Shown piece by piece: positions 25,201 to 37,440 of a stretch of DNA of 64,000 nucleotides (position 1 is the first letter of the stretch; each line of letters begins with the position of its first letter). The stretch comes from Octopus sinensis. Taxonomy: Eukaryota. The notes below the pieces were generated by a model that did no database searches, was not told where the DNA came from, and saw only the letters and a program-made list of their open reading frames with translations. Location of the stretch: contig NC_043001.1 of the NCBI RefSeq assembly GCF_006345805.1, positions 34,534,001-34,598,000 of the forward strand. Direction: 5' to 3'. The position numbers were made by a program, and so were the translations under genes.

Positions 25201-25749
25201 TGATCAACACACACACTCACATATATGTATATAACATCTGTCACTATTGCGAAGTGTCACTTTCCAGAACTTATGTCTCCAATCACTGTGACATTATCGG
25301 TTAAGATTAGTAAATATAAAAAAAAAAAAAAAATGAAAAAAAGGTGACAAACCCATTTACAAATATCTGTTAAAAGAGAATCATTATTGAATTCTAATGA
25401 CGGCTTATCTCCCAGGAATTCCTTCCTAGCTTATAGCATCACTTCCCGATCGTGTGAATGGAATATTTAATGGGATCGCCCATTTAATCGACTATGTCCC
25501 GATCTGTCTCGATCTGTCTTGTTACACATCATCGACATGGATCTGTTAGCTGCCTGTGAAAAATAAAAATATAAATAAAAAAAACAAAAATAAAGAAACA
25601 AACAAACAAACCAAAAATTTGACTGGGCGTTCACGCACAGAATGGACAGAGGTACGCATTGATATATGCATACAAGCCTCGTCGGATACAATCACCCATG
25701 TATATGAGTATGTACGAGTGTGTATATAAGTCTCTATATATATTATGTA

Positions 25750-25809
<60 letters not shown>

Positions 25810-25822
25810 TACTATATATATC

Positions 25823-25865
<43 letters not shown>

Positions 25866-25991
25866 ATACATATATATATATATATATATATATACATACC
25901 ATAATATATATATATATATATTACATACATATATTAATATATATATAATATATATATATTATAGATATATTAATATATATATATATATATA

Positions 25992-26442
25992 TGCGTAGGA
26001 GTGGCTGTGTGCTAAGTAGCTTGTTACCAACCACATGGTCCCGGGTTCAGTCCCACTGCGTGCCACATTGGGCAAGTGTCTTCTACTATAGCCCGGGCGA
26101 CCAAAGCCTTGTGAGTGGATTTGGTAGACGAAACTGAAAGAAGCCCGTCGTATATATGTATATCTATGCTTGTGTGTGCTTGTGTGTCTGTGTTTGTCCC
26201 TAGCATTGCTTGACAACCGACGTTGGTGTGTTTATGTCGCCGTTACTCTTTTACTTGTTTCAGTCATTTGACTGCGGCCATGCTGGAGCACCGCCTTTAA
26301 TCGAGCAACTCGACCCCGGGACTTATTATTTTGTAAGCCCAGTACTTATTCTATCGTTCTCTTTTGCCGAACCGCTAAGTAACGAGGAAATAAACACACC
26401 AACGTCGGTTGTCAAGCAATGCTAGGGGGACAAACACAGACA
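25992..26442. mobile_element. SINE family B with inverted 3' half
   Basis: Forward from the head to about 26243, then the reverse-complement tail back through the body; 26185-26236 and about 26390-26442 form an inverted repeat. Confidence 0.8.
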
Positions 26443-26694
26443 TGTTGAAAAACCTTTCGTTGTGTCTGGAGAGTTATATTCCTTTGCTATATATAAAATA
26501 ATAAACCTATAATATTTATACACCTTTATATATATATATATATATTTATATATACATACAGAAATATATAATATATATAAGCACATGTCTATAAAACCTT
26601 ACGCATATAAAGGTGTATAAATATTATAGGTTTATTATTTTATATATAGCAAGGAATATAACTCTCCAGACACAACAAAATGTGTTTCAACATG
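26441..26694. repeat. Foldback with about 90-bp inverted arms
   Basis: catgttgaaa...gttgtgtctggagagttatattcc...cacctttata versus tataaaggtg...ggaatataactctccagacacaac...tttcaacatg. Confidence 0.85.
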
Positions 26695-27063
26695 CGAAGC
26701 CACTTAAATAATCTTGCAGACCAGATCCAAAAACGAAATTTTATATATAGCTAATTATGTATATTTAAGTGTGTATTTGTATATATGTGTGTGTGTGAGT
26801 ATGTGTATGTGTGTGTGTATACATGAAATATACATCGATATTTACCCACATACATATCTTAGAGACTGAGAGATAGAGAAAAAGCGAAGGAGAGAGGGAA
26901 AGAAGAAGAGATAGATAAAGATCGAGAAAGATCAAGCTGATGTATGTATAAACTTGGCATACATATTTTGTGGGCCCGGTTGCTCTTATCTTCCGTTGAA
27001 GATTGTGAGTACCACTTGAATTCTTTGTTACATTCATCGTTCTTTGATTTTCAAGAATATGTA

Positions 27064-27561
27064 TTCTTTTATTCCTTCACTAGTTTCAGCTCGGGAGCTG
27101 CGACAGTGCTGGGGCAACACTGTTAGTCTTGCTACAATTTCATTTACTTGAAACCTCCTTTAACATGTGGCATTTTGTAAAAGAGTGTTGCTCCCCTCAT
27201 TTGCGTTTCTTGCGGTGAGGTAGGTTTATCGAGCGCCTTTTATAGGAAGAAATCCAGTTTAGTCTTGAACACACCTACTCCTACCCCATGTAGGTCTCTG
27301 AGGCTTTTGGGGTAAGATATTGAAGAGCTATGGGCCCTTGAAACAAAAGCCGTCGCAGTATCTGGTCCTGTATCTGGATGACGATGTTAGGATATTTAGC
27401 ACTAGGAGTGGCTGCGTGGTAAATAGCTTGCTTACCAACCACATGGTTCCCGGTTCAGTCCCACTGCGGGCCACCTTGGGCAAGTGTCTTTTACTACAGG
27501 CTCCGGCCGACCAAAGCCTTGTGAGTGGATATGGTAGACGGAAACTGAAAGAAGCCTGTCG

Positions 27562-27599
<38 letters not shown>

Positions 27600-28850
27600 G
27601 TGTGAGTGTATACGTTTGTGTGTCTGCGTTTGTCCTCCCAACATCGCTTGACAACCGATGCTGGTGTGTTACGTCCCCGTAACCTAGCGGTTCGGCAAAA
27701 GGGACCGATAGAATAAGTACCAGGCTTACAAAGAATAAGTCCTGGGGGTCGACTTGCTCGACTAAAGGCGGTGCTCCTGCATGGCCGCAGTCAAACTACT
27801 GAAACAAGGAAAAGAGTAAAAGAGGATACATTGCTGCCCAGTTCTGCTGCTTGTGTAGTCTTCAGTGCCAAGGTTTGGTTACAATTTCCAAGGACTTTGC
27901 GTATGTACATCACTGTATATTTTTCCCGCCTTTTTTTCGGGAGTAGAATCTTAACTTTTCCAACCTTCCCAGTAGCTGACCATTCGCATTGAAATGATCT
28001 ACCTTGTGTGGCTTTGTTGGATTACTTTGAGTTCCGCCGTTAATTTTAGTTGGGAGGAATATTCAAAGCGCCTGAAGACAAATATCTTCATCATGTATTG
28101 CTGTTTCCTCGTTCTGAAAGTTCTAAGGACCCATCTGACCAGTTGTCTGCATTTTATCGTCAAGTTAGTAATATGCATCTGGAAAGATGCTTTATTACTC
28201 TGTCAATTCCTAGGTCGCGGACTATTGTTGATTAAGGGATTGCAATCCCTTCTGGGCCAGTGTATCCTGTCTACATTTCATTCAACTTCTTTGCTTGTAG
28301 CGCAGGGCATGGAATTTTCCAGCATTAAACTGCATGTTATTGTCCGAAGTTTATCTGTTTATTGCGTCCAATTCTTGTTGTAGATCCAGGGTTTTGAATA
28401 CTCTGGGAGACTTTTACATATTCTGCATAGCTAGCAAGGGTGGATACCTCAGCAGTTGGGGGCATGTCTAAGAAAGCCATTACGAATACCACTGGTCCTA
28501 AAATCGTGCGCTGTGGAATATATTTGTGTTTCCTTAGAGGTGGCTTCATTGGCCACAATTGATTGACTACTGTCTTTTAAAGTCGTGTGGCCACTGTTCA
28601 AGCTTATGATATAGCACAGCATGATCGACTTTATTAAAATTGAGGTATATCACGTCCATATTCGGGTGGTTGAGTAACTGCTTTAACACCCAGTAGTAGT
28701 GTTGTAAAAGCTGTGCCAGACAGCTTCTGCGTTAGAATATAGAAATAGGCAATGATCCCATAAATATTATGTTGGTAAGAAACTTTTCTTGAGCATATTG
28801 CACTTCAAATTCATGTTTGCAGGGTTTATATATTTTGCACTACGGAGATA
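27064..28850 (-). pseudogene. Decayed CR1-group LINE (RT to 3' end), interrupted by a SINE B
   Basis: Minus-strand motifs DVIYLNF.KVDH, IPQRTILGPVVF (cf. VPQGTVLGPLLF), ASYAEY (cf. YADD) and C-terminal GP*LFNILP; stem-loop tail at 27064-27120. Confidence 0.75.
27403..27824 (+). mobile_element. SINE family B, full length (tRNA head, CORE-like accttgggcaagtg, internal TA/TG tract)
   Basis: aggagtggctgcgtggtaaatagc...ggttcagtccc...accttgggcaagtgtc...catggccgcagtcaaactactgaaacaaggaaaagagtaaaagag. Confidence 0.9.
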
Positions 28851-29172
28851 TACAATATCAACTGCTTTGTATTGTGTAACTAAAAACCACCATTTTAGCT
28901 CTTAAAATTAATACTGTATATTCTATATAAATTGCACATACATGTTTATATACAGGTCCCATCTAAAACAGAGGCAAAAGGAGAACATTTATGGATGGGA
29001 TCCACTTCATATTCACAGCTTCTGGTGGATATTAAGTGGATCTCAACCAACATATTTACAAGACATCAGAGACAAATCAAGAGAAATTGGAAAATTACTA
29101 AGAAGCATTAATGTATACCTGCTGAAACAAGTACTATGATCCACAACTATAAATCTAAATTACAGATTAACA

Positions 29173-29237
<65 letters not shown>

Positions 29238-30482
29238 TATATATGTCTGGGGAGAGTCATGCAGCCTCAATATCTAACACACTCACCGGTTCACTTTCCA
29301 CTCATTTATTATTATCTTTTTCCGTGTGTCATCCAAAACTTTTTGTTGCTTTTGCAACCTTGTCAAAATATATATGAAAAATACTGAATACTTTTTTGTC
29401 GAAGAACCCGAAGCAAATCTGCTGTAGGACTAATCGAAGCAGGAATTTTCAGATAAGATATTTGCCAATAGAACAAGTCACTGGAAGGCGATATATAGGG
29501 AAAAGGAAACGTTTGTAAGTTGGATAGATTGAACTGGAACACAATTAGTGCAGAATTGTTGGACATGAGCAATTCGAAAAATAAAATTGTATAGTGTTGG
29601 AGAATAGTTTAAAGAAAATATCAAACTGAAAATTCCTAGACTTCGATAATGTAACAGATATTGGTACCAAAACTATGTGTCTCATCACAGTAATTGATTA
29701 CACTTCAAGGACAGAGCGCGGAATGTACATTAGTTCTACTCAATTAGTTGTCAACTGTTCCCAAACTTCTCATTCCTCTGAAGCATTCAGCCAAAAAATT
29801 ACCGACCAATAGTATGCGAGAAAATCGTTTATAAGATATGTACTAAATCCGTTCTTATTGGACCACTAATTGTACCACTAATAATATTGTAACTACAGAA
29901 CAGATTTGTGGAAATAAAGGAGTATGGGACTTTATAGACTAACTTCTTATAAATAGGAAAACAAGAGAAAAATAAAAATAAGAAAAAAAACCAGTAAATA
30001 TTGGTAGAAACTTAGATGTATTTTAAGTAGATGACCAAAATCCTTCGACAGATTAATACAGCAAGTTCCTTAAGCGCTGTTTACTGTAATTCATCACACA
30101 CTAAAGACAAGGTATTACACTTAGTTTTTAAAAGGGAGACAGGCGATAAAATCAGTCATTATATATTACCATTACAAAAAGGTAGTTTATTAATAGTTTA
30201 TTTGTTCTCTTGTTAGATCCACAATAAAAAACAATGCTCAGAAATTGTGCAGAGGTGCTATTCAAAATCTATAAACATCTGTCACATGTACAGTAGCGGG
30301 CGTAATGTAAGGGTAGTAAGAACAAGTGTATTGAAATATTTATTATAGAAGATAACAACAGGTTGAGGCTAGACATTTTACGCATATTTAGTTATATCTA
30401 ATATCTATCTTTCGTGAAATGTTCGAGTGAATGGAAAAAATATTTCGTAAGTTATGAGGAAATAAACAAATAATCTTCCAAA

Positions 30483-31450
30483 CTGTACCGGTCAAAAGTT
30501 AAGGGTCTCTTTGGAAAACAATGAAAAATGGAACAAGAACAAAAAAGAAACCCTTACTACTATTTTGTGAACACCCCTTTACTATCAATGACCTCCTGAC
30601 ATGTTACCACAAGAGTGAATTAATTTCTTGCAAAATGGAGTAATATTGTTCCATTTGTTTTTCAATAATTCCCAGAATTCAATCTTGGTTCTTTGGATTT
30701 CCTCCTTCGTGCTCTTCTCCAGTAATCTTCCAAGCGTTTTCTATAGGGTTGAGATCGGAACTTTGAGGTGGCCAATCCATGAGATCAACCCCTTCATCAC
30801 TCAAAACATCATTGACTCTCTTCGCAGTGTAACAGGGAGCGTTGTCCTGCGCAAAGATAGGAGGCTGAACTGACGAGGATCGGAGTATGTGGAAGGGCAT
30901 GTTGTCTAAGAATCTGCTTGTAGATTTCAGCATTGACAGGCCCATGTAGGCGAATAAGTGGACCAGGACCAGCAGCAGAGATCACTCCCTATACCATTAC
31001 ACTGCCTCCTCCATATTTCACTGTCCTCTTCACACATGCACGAGATGACCCTTCGTCACTTCTTCGTCGGACGTATATCCCGCCATCGGAACAAATCACA
31101 TTAAACTTTAAAGTAACATGCGACGACAGTTCTTCTGTCCAAACGACATGTTCGTGAGCGAAACGAAGACGGGCTTTTTGATTCTTCTTGATTCAATCCA
31201 GAACCTCGTAACCTCTGAGAAACTTTTTTGTGTGACGTTGACATCGGAAATGGCGCTAAACTCGCGGGAAATCTCAGCAGAACTCTTAAACCTATCCTAC
31301 AGGGACATTCTAACCATAATACGATCCTGCCTTGTTGAAGTTTTACGAGGTCTACCGGTTTTGGCTTTAGCATCACATAAATATATAAGGTAACAAACAA
31401 ATGAAAAGAATTCCTTCAAAAGGGTGTGTAAAACATCCAGTTCACTGGTA
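30483..31450 (-). pseudogene. Tc1-family (DD34E) transposase pseudogene with one TIR-like end
   Basis: IFAQDNAPCYTAK...WPPQSSDLNPIENAW in ORF 30679-30945; upstream TGRPRKTS HTH-linker motif; TIR-like ctgtaccggtcaaaagtt at 30483. Confidence 0.85.
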
Positions 31451-31504
31451 TGTCGGTTCAATCCCACATAAATATGAGTATAATGCAAATTACAAAAAAT
31501 AAAT

Positions 31505-32652
31505 TAAATAGAGAAATACAATTGTCAATCCAATAATTTATTTATATTATGATATAACATAATATACTATGAATATAATATAATATAATATAAACAGTTT
31601 TTTAAATAACCCAAGATTCCAATAATTTGTTTCGACTTATATACATTTTTTGATATATAAATAATTCAGTTCCTATATATATATAAGTCACATCATGTCA
31701 AAGTTGTAGATAGTCATGCGCGATTAAATATGACCCTGATAGTTATTCATATACACATATATATAATATTATTGTATGTTATTATAACAGCGAAAGAGTG
31801 TCTTAGACATAAATGAGTTTGGATTGATATTATGTGAGATATATAGAAATATATTTCGATAGATGTAGATTCTACTTACTTAATTGTTTTGTCTGTTATA
31901 ATTTTGTTGTTTTATTAAATTTTTATATAATTGATATGTAGTTGAATGGCTAACACTCACGCTCATAATACGTATGCGTTTGAATGAACCCTTTTACAAT
32001 CCAGCAATTCTTTCACAAGGAATTTCGTCTATCTACACAACGTTGCCCTGATATGACCTATATATAAGGGAACTGAATTGATTATATATCAAAAAGTGTA
32101 TATAAGTCGAAACAAATTGCTGGCTTGTTTTTATTACTCTTTTACTCTTTTACGTGTTTCAGTCATTTGACTGTGGCCATGCAGGAGCACCGCCTTTAGT
32201 CGAGCAAATCGATCCGAGGACTTATTCTTTGTAAGCCTAGTACTTATTCTATCGGTCTTTTGCTTTTGCCGAAACGCTAAGTTACGGGGACGTAAACACA
32301 CCAGCATCGGTTGTCAAGCGATGTTGGAAGGACAAACACAGGCACAAACACACCACACACACACACACCACACACACACACATATATATATATACATATA
32401 TACGACGGGATTCTTTCAGTTTCCGTCTACCAAATCCACTCACAAGGCTTTGGTCGGCCCGAGGCTATAGCAGAAGATATTGCCCAAGGTGCCACGCAGT
32501 GAGACTGAACCGAGAACCATTTGGTTGTTAAGCAAGCTACTTACCACACAGTCACTCCTACGTATTTAAATAATTGTTTATGTCATATTATATTATATTC
32601 ATAGTATATTATGTTATATTAAAAAATTATTGGATTGTCAATTGTAACTCTC

Positions 32653-32658
<6 letters not shown>
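31505..32658. mobile_element. Foldback element with about 200-bp diverged arms, each carrying a degenerate hammerhead; right arm interrupted by a SINE B
   Basis: Left arm 31505-31711 is the reverse complement of 32031-32134 plus 32563-32658 (e.g. tttgtttcgacttatataca / tgtatataagtcgaaacaaa; acataatatactatgaatataata / tattatattcatagtatattatgt). Confidence 0.8.
32135..32562 (-). mobile_element. SINE family B, full length
   Basis: Reverse complement of the 27403-27824 type from tail (ttactcttttac) to head (ttaccacacagtcactcctacg). Confidence 0.9.
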
Positions 32659-32685
<27 letters not shown>

Positions 32686-32733
32686 TAGATAATGATAAAT
32701 ATCAAAGTGAATTATATACAGTAGCGGTAACAC

Positions 32734-32875
32734 ATCGTGACGTATATTTGCCATTTCAATTGGCTACCCCTATGTCTATGGCCAGCTGGAGGAGTGTGTC
32801 CTCCTGGGGCTAAAAACTACAGTAGTATCCACCCTTAGGGGTAGCCATATTGAAATGGCAAATATACGTCACGAT
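32734..32875. repeat. Short foldback (same family as 34028-34154)
   Basis: atcgtgacgtatatttgccatttcaat.tggctacccc versus ggggtagccatattgaaatggcaaatatacgtcacgat. Confidence 0.8.
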
Positions 32876-33347
32876 ATATATAGATAGATATACACATATA
32901 CACACATATATATATATATGTATATTCTTATACATATGTATGTGTATATACACATACATTTGCGTGTATGTGTGTGTATATTTTTATATATGTGTGTGTG
33001 TACATACAATACACGCACACACGCACACACACAAACACACACACACAAACGAACAATGATGAGGACTCCTCTAAGTCGAGTGTCCTAAGCAGACTTGAGA
33101 TTTTTAGCGGATAAACAGGATCATACTTCGATAATCTAAGGTATAGTTTAACTTCGATTCTCGTTGCTCCACGTTACAATTCCCTATCTTTTCTGGATAA
33201 ATAAAACTTTGCAAGACTTTCTTAATATGTATAAGGAAAATGTTGACGAAATGGCAGAGGGAATTCATAATATTTCCCTTATTTTTTTAAATTAGAAACT
33301 TGCGGCCAAGTCAGCCGCCGATCAAACTGAACATCGAAACTTCAATC

Positions 33348-33578
33348 TATTTCTTTACTACCCACAAGGGGCTAAACATAGAGGAGACAAACAAGGGCAG
33401 ACAGACGGAATAAGTCGATGATATCGACCCGAGTGCGTAACTGGTACTTAATTTATCGACCCCGAAAGGATGAAAGGCAAAGTCGACCTCGGCGGAATTT
33501 GAACTCAGAACGTAACGGCAGACGAAATACCGCTTAGCATTTCGCCCGGCGTGCTAACGTTTCTGCCAGCTCGCGGCT
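33348..33578 (-). mobile_element. SINE family A, full length, with 15-bp TSD
   Basis: Direct repeat atcgaaacttcaatc at 33333-33347 and 33579-33593. Confidence 0.92.
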
Positions 33579-34027
33579 ATCGAAACTTCAATCATGAGCT
33601 GAACGCCCGCACGTACACTCATACAAACACCTACGCTGTCACCCATATGTGAAAGCATTAAGAACTAAGAGCATTAGAAACAATAACTAACGTATTGATA
33701 ATGCAACGAAGCAAATAACTCAACTTATAAATACAACGAATATACGCATACATCAATAACACAAACCACGTACGAAAATAAATTATATGAAAAAATGAAT
33801 TGACAAATATGTTACATAAAATAAACCGCATGAAGCTCAACACAACATGTATTGCACTCAGTATAAACGTTGCCCTAATAACGTATATTTGTATATCTTT
33901 ATCATCAGAATTAAAAATCTGATGAACGGGAAGCTATGAGCATGAATTCAATCGAATACGTTTCAGAAAAATATCATCGTTATTAATTTCAGATGGAAAA
34001 TGTTAGTCGCAAAATTATGATACTAAC

Positions 34028-34154
34028 TGTGAAGTAAGTGTATTTGCCATTTAAATGTGGCTAACCACTAAGGGTGGATGCAACTGTAGCTTGTAGCCCC
34101 AGTAGCGTCCACCCTAAGTAGTTAGCCACATTTAAATGACAAATATACTTCACA
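34028..34154. repeat. Short foldback (same family as 32734-32875)
   Basis: tgtgaagta...tatttgccatttaaatgtggctaac.acta.agggtggatgc versus gcgtccaccctaagtagttagccacatttaaatgacaaatatacttcaca. Confidence 0.8.
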
Positions 34155-34730
34155 TTGTCGTGCAACTACGGTTCATACCTCGTTCAGAGATTTATTATGA
34201 CACTAACTGTTGTACTGAAAAGAGATGTACTACATATTTTGGCAGTGGACATCTCTGAAACACGAATCCCTTACAACTCATTTCAGTACACATCAAAAAC
34301 TAAACTGAATAGAAAATCATTAGTGGATAACGAGACAAATATATGTAGAATGCTCATAGAAGCCATATTTAATAGGAAAATACAACACTAAACTTAACGT
34401 ATAGATGGCACAGACTGGTAACAAATACATATGACTTCCTCATTACTGGCTTGGAGTTTGTTGGTCATGTATTATAAATCTAGCGAAAATTATACCATCT
34501 TAAACCCATTCTCATCAGTCTTGTCAACAATAAAAGAGCAGTACCGAAAACTGCTTGTAAGAACTTCATCTGGAAGCAAAGAAATATCATAATATCAGTG
34601 GATCAAGGAACTTTAATGATCTAAAGAAAACATAAAGAATATAAAAGCCTAAGAGTGAAATACGAATATTCTTTAAAAAGAAAGAAGATAAAAGTTGACC
34701 ACAGTTGTCATTTAATAGTCCTTTCTACTA

Positions 34731-35032
34731 GGCTGCGAGCTGGCAGAATACCTTTCTCTGTCCTTGTTTGTCCCCTCTGTGTTTAGCCCCTTGTGGGTAA
34801 TAAAGAAACATATATCATTTTAGCATTGGGAAGGCGGCGAGCTGGGCGAAACGTTAGCACGCCGGGCGAAATGTGTAGCCGTATTTCGTCTGCCGTTACG
34901 TTCTGAGTTCAAATTCCGCGGAGGTCGACTTTGCCTTTAATTCTTTCGGGGTCGATAAATTAAGTACCAGTTACGCACTGGGGTCGATTAATCGTATTAA
35001 TCCGTTTGTCTGTGCTTTTTTTGTCCTCTCCG
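34731..35032 (+). mobile_element. SINE family A tail-linker-SINE junction copy
   Basis: A SINE tail, the linker atatatcattttagcattggg (34810-34830), then a SINE with the gctgggcgaaacg variant, as in the 43.4-44.1 kb array. Confidence 0.85.
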
Positions 35033-35580
35033 TCGATTTTTTCAAATAAATCCTTGAAGGCTCTGCTGCAGCATGACCGCAGTTCAACGATTGAAACTAG
35101 TAAATGATAAAGATAAAGAGAGGAACACAACGGATGTTTAGAAAGACAAGAAGAATGAAGACTAAGAGAATAAAGATTGATGATCTTAAGGATAAGAGTA
35201 TCATTAGATAAGAAAGGATTTTAATAAAAAAACTTCCATAAATTGAGATATCAAATACAAAACAGTCAATGATGTGAAAAGCCATGAACGCAGCGAAGTA
35301 CAGATGAAGTAATTAGTAATTAGTGAATTACCAAAACGAACTGTATTTAACAAACAGTCGTAATATTGAAAGATCAACAAAAAAAGGACAAATATATTTT
35401 TTTATATAGATTTTTGCAGATATTTATATGACTTTTATATTTTATTTTATTTTTAAAGCGATTGCTCTTTTCACTCTTTCTCTATTTATTTTATTCTGAG
35501 GACAATTCAATAACTGAATGTTTCCATAATGAGTATTTCGACAAGGAGAACAGAATACTCCACGCCATGCTTATCGAAAT

Positions 35581-35604
35581 GTAATAATAATAATAATAAT
35601 AATG

Positions 35605-35677
<73 letters not shown>

Positions 35678-35690
35678 TAATAATAACAAT
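35581..35690. repeat. (TAA)n microsatellite
   Basis: Seen directly. Confidence 0.95.
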
Positions 35691-35879
35691 GACCATGATT
35701 TCTTTTAATGCCACAAAATAAAGCAAAACAACCCATGTGTCAATGTTCACATTTACAATGAAATTATTTCGTAGTGGAGGGTATAATTGCTGTGGCATGA
35801 GTGTAAACAGATTGCAGAAACGAAACGAACAAGTCTATTTATCTATGTATTTAATATATATATATATATAAATTTATAT

Positions 35880-35936
<57 letters not shown>

Positions 35937-35951
35937 ATTATATATATATAT

Positions 35952-36538
35952 AAAGAAGGCATAAAGGCAAACACGAAAATAATCACGGATCTGCAACAAA
36001 ATGTCAATTTAATTGTTTGCAATAGGAATTTCACTTTTATCAAAATAAATAAAAACTTTCTAAGTAGGGCTTACAGAAAAGAACGGTCGAGTTTATTTTT
36101 CCTCCCACATTATTTCAAAATATAGCATTAGGAACATTAATTCCTAAAATTATGAGTGATGGAAGGAAATGACTACTTACTGAGAATAAAAATTCCAAAC
36201 TGATTGCAATTCTAATTCAAATTTAGGGACCAAATATACAATATGAATTCTCAAATTTTTTTCTTGTTGTTGTTGTTGTTGTTGGTAAATGTCTATTAAT
36301 GGGGTGGGGCACAAATACGTAAAGTATGTTTGCGTTGCTTTTCGTTTCGAAAAGTCTTTTGTATTGTTTTTTGTTTTTTTTAATTTATAGGGCTCGAAAC
36401 ATTTTGTAATTTTTTTTTTATTATTTCATCTCCGCTTCATATTTCAAATATAGACAGTATTTCTATACACCATGTTCCTGTCACAAACACTACTAATAAT
36501 CGTTTACTAGATATATATATATATATATATATATATAG

Positions 36539-36633
<95 letters not shown>

Positions 36634-37186
36634 AAGGCATAAAGGCAAACACGAAAATAAATCACGGATCTGCAACAAAATGTCAATTTAATTGTTTGCA
36701 ATAGGAATTTCACTTTTATCAAAATAAATAAAAACTTTCTAAGTAGGGCTTACAGAAAAGAACGGTCGAGTTTATTTTTCCTCCCACATTATTTCAAAAT
36801 ATAGCATTAGGAACATTAATTCCTAAAATTATGAGTGATGGAAGGAAATGACTACTTACTGAGAATAAAAATTCCAAACTGATTGCAATTCTAATTCAAA
36901 TTTAGGGACCAAATATACAATATGAATTCTCAAATTTTTTTCTTGTTGTTGTTGTTGTTGGTAAATGTCTATTAATGGGGTGGGGCACAAATACGTAAAG
37001 TATGTTTGCGTTGCTTTTCGTTTCGAAAAGTCTTTTGTATTGTTTTTTTTTTTTTTTAATTTATAGGGCTCGAAACATTTTGTAATTTTTTTTTTATTAT
37101 TTCATCTCCGCTTCATATTTCAAATATAGACAGTATTTCTATACACCATGTTCCTGTCACAAACACTACTAATAATCGTTTACTAG
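35952..37186. repeat. Near-identical direct duplication of about 560 bp (35952-36510 and 36630-37186) bounded by (TA)n tracts
   Basis: Both copies run aaagaaggcataaaggc...cgtttactag; differences are confined to homopolymer and (GTT)n tracts. Confidence 0.92.
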
Positions 37187-37195
37187 ATATATATA

Positions 37196-37266
<71 letters not shown>

Positions 37267-37273
37267 TACATAC

Positions 37274-37320
<47 letters not shown>

Positions 37321-37347
37321 ATATACATATATACATATATATATATG

Positions 37348-37440
<93 letters not shown>

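Noticed and set aside
28999-29042. Pre-miRNA-like hairpin gatccacttcatattcac...gtggatattaagtggatc
   Set aside because: It is short, lies between repeats and has no recognisable miRNA; more likely repeat-derived.
33052-33100. tgatgaggac...gtcc hammerhead-like start
   Set aside because: It lacks the initial C of the core and the GAAA, and has no convincing stem I.
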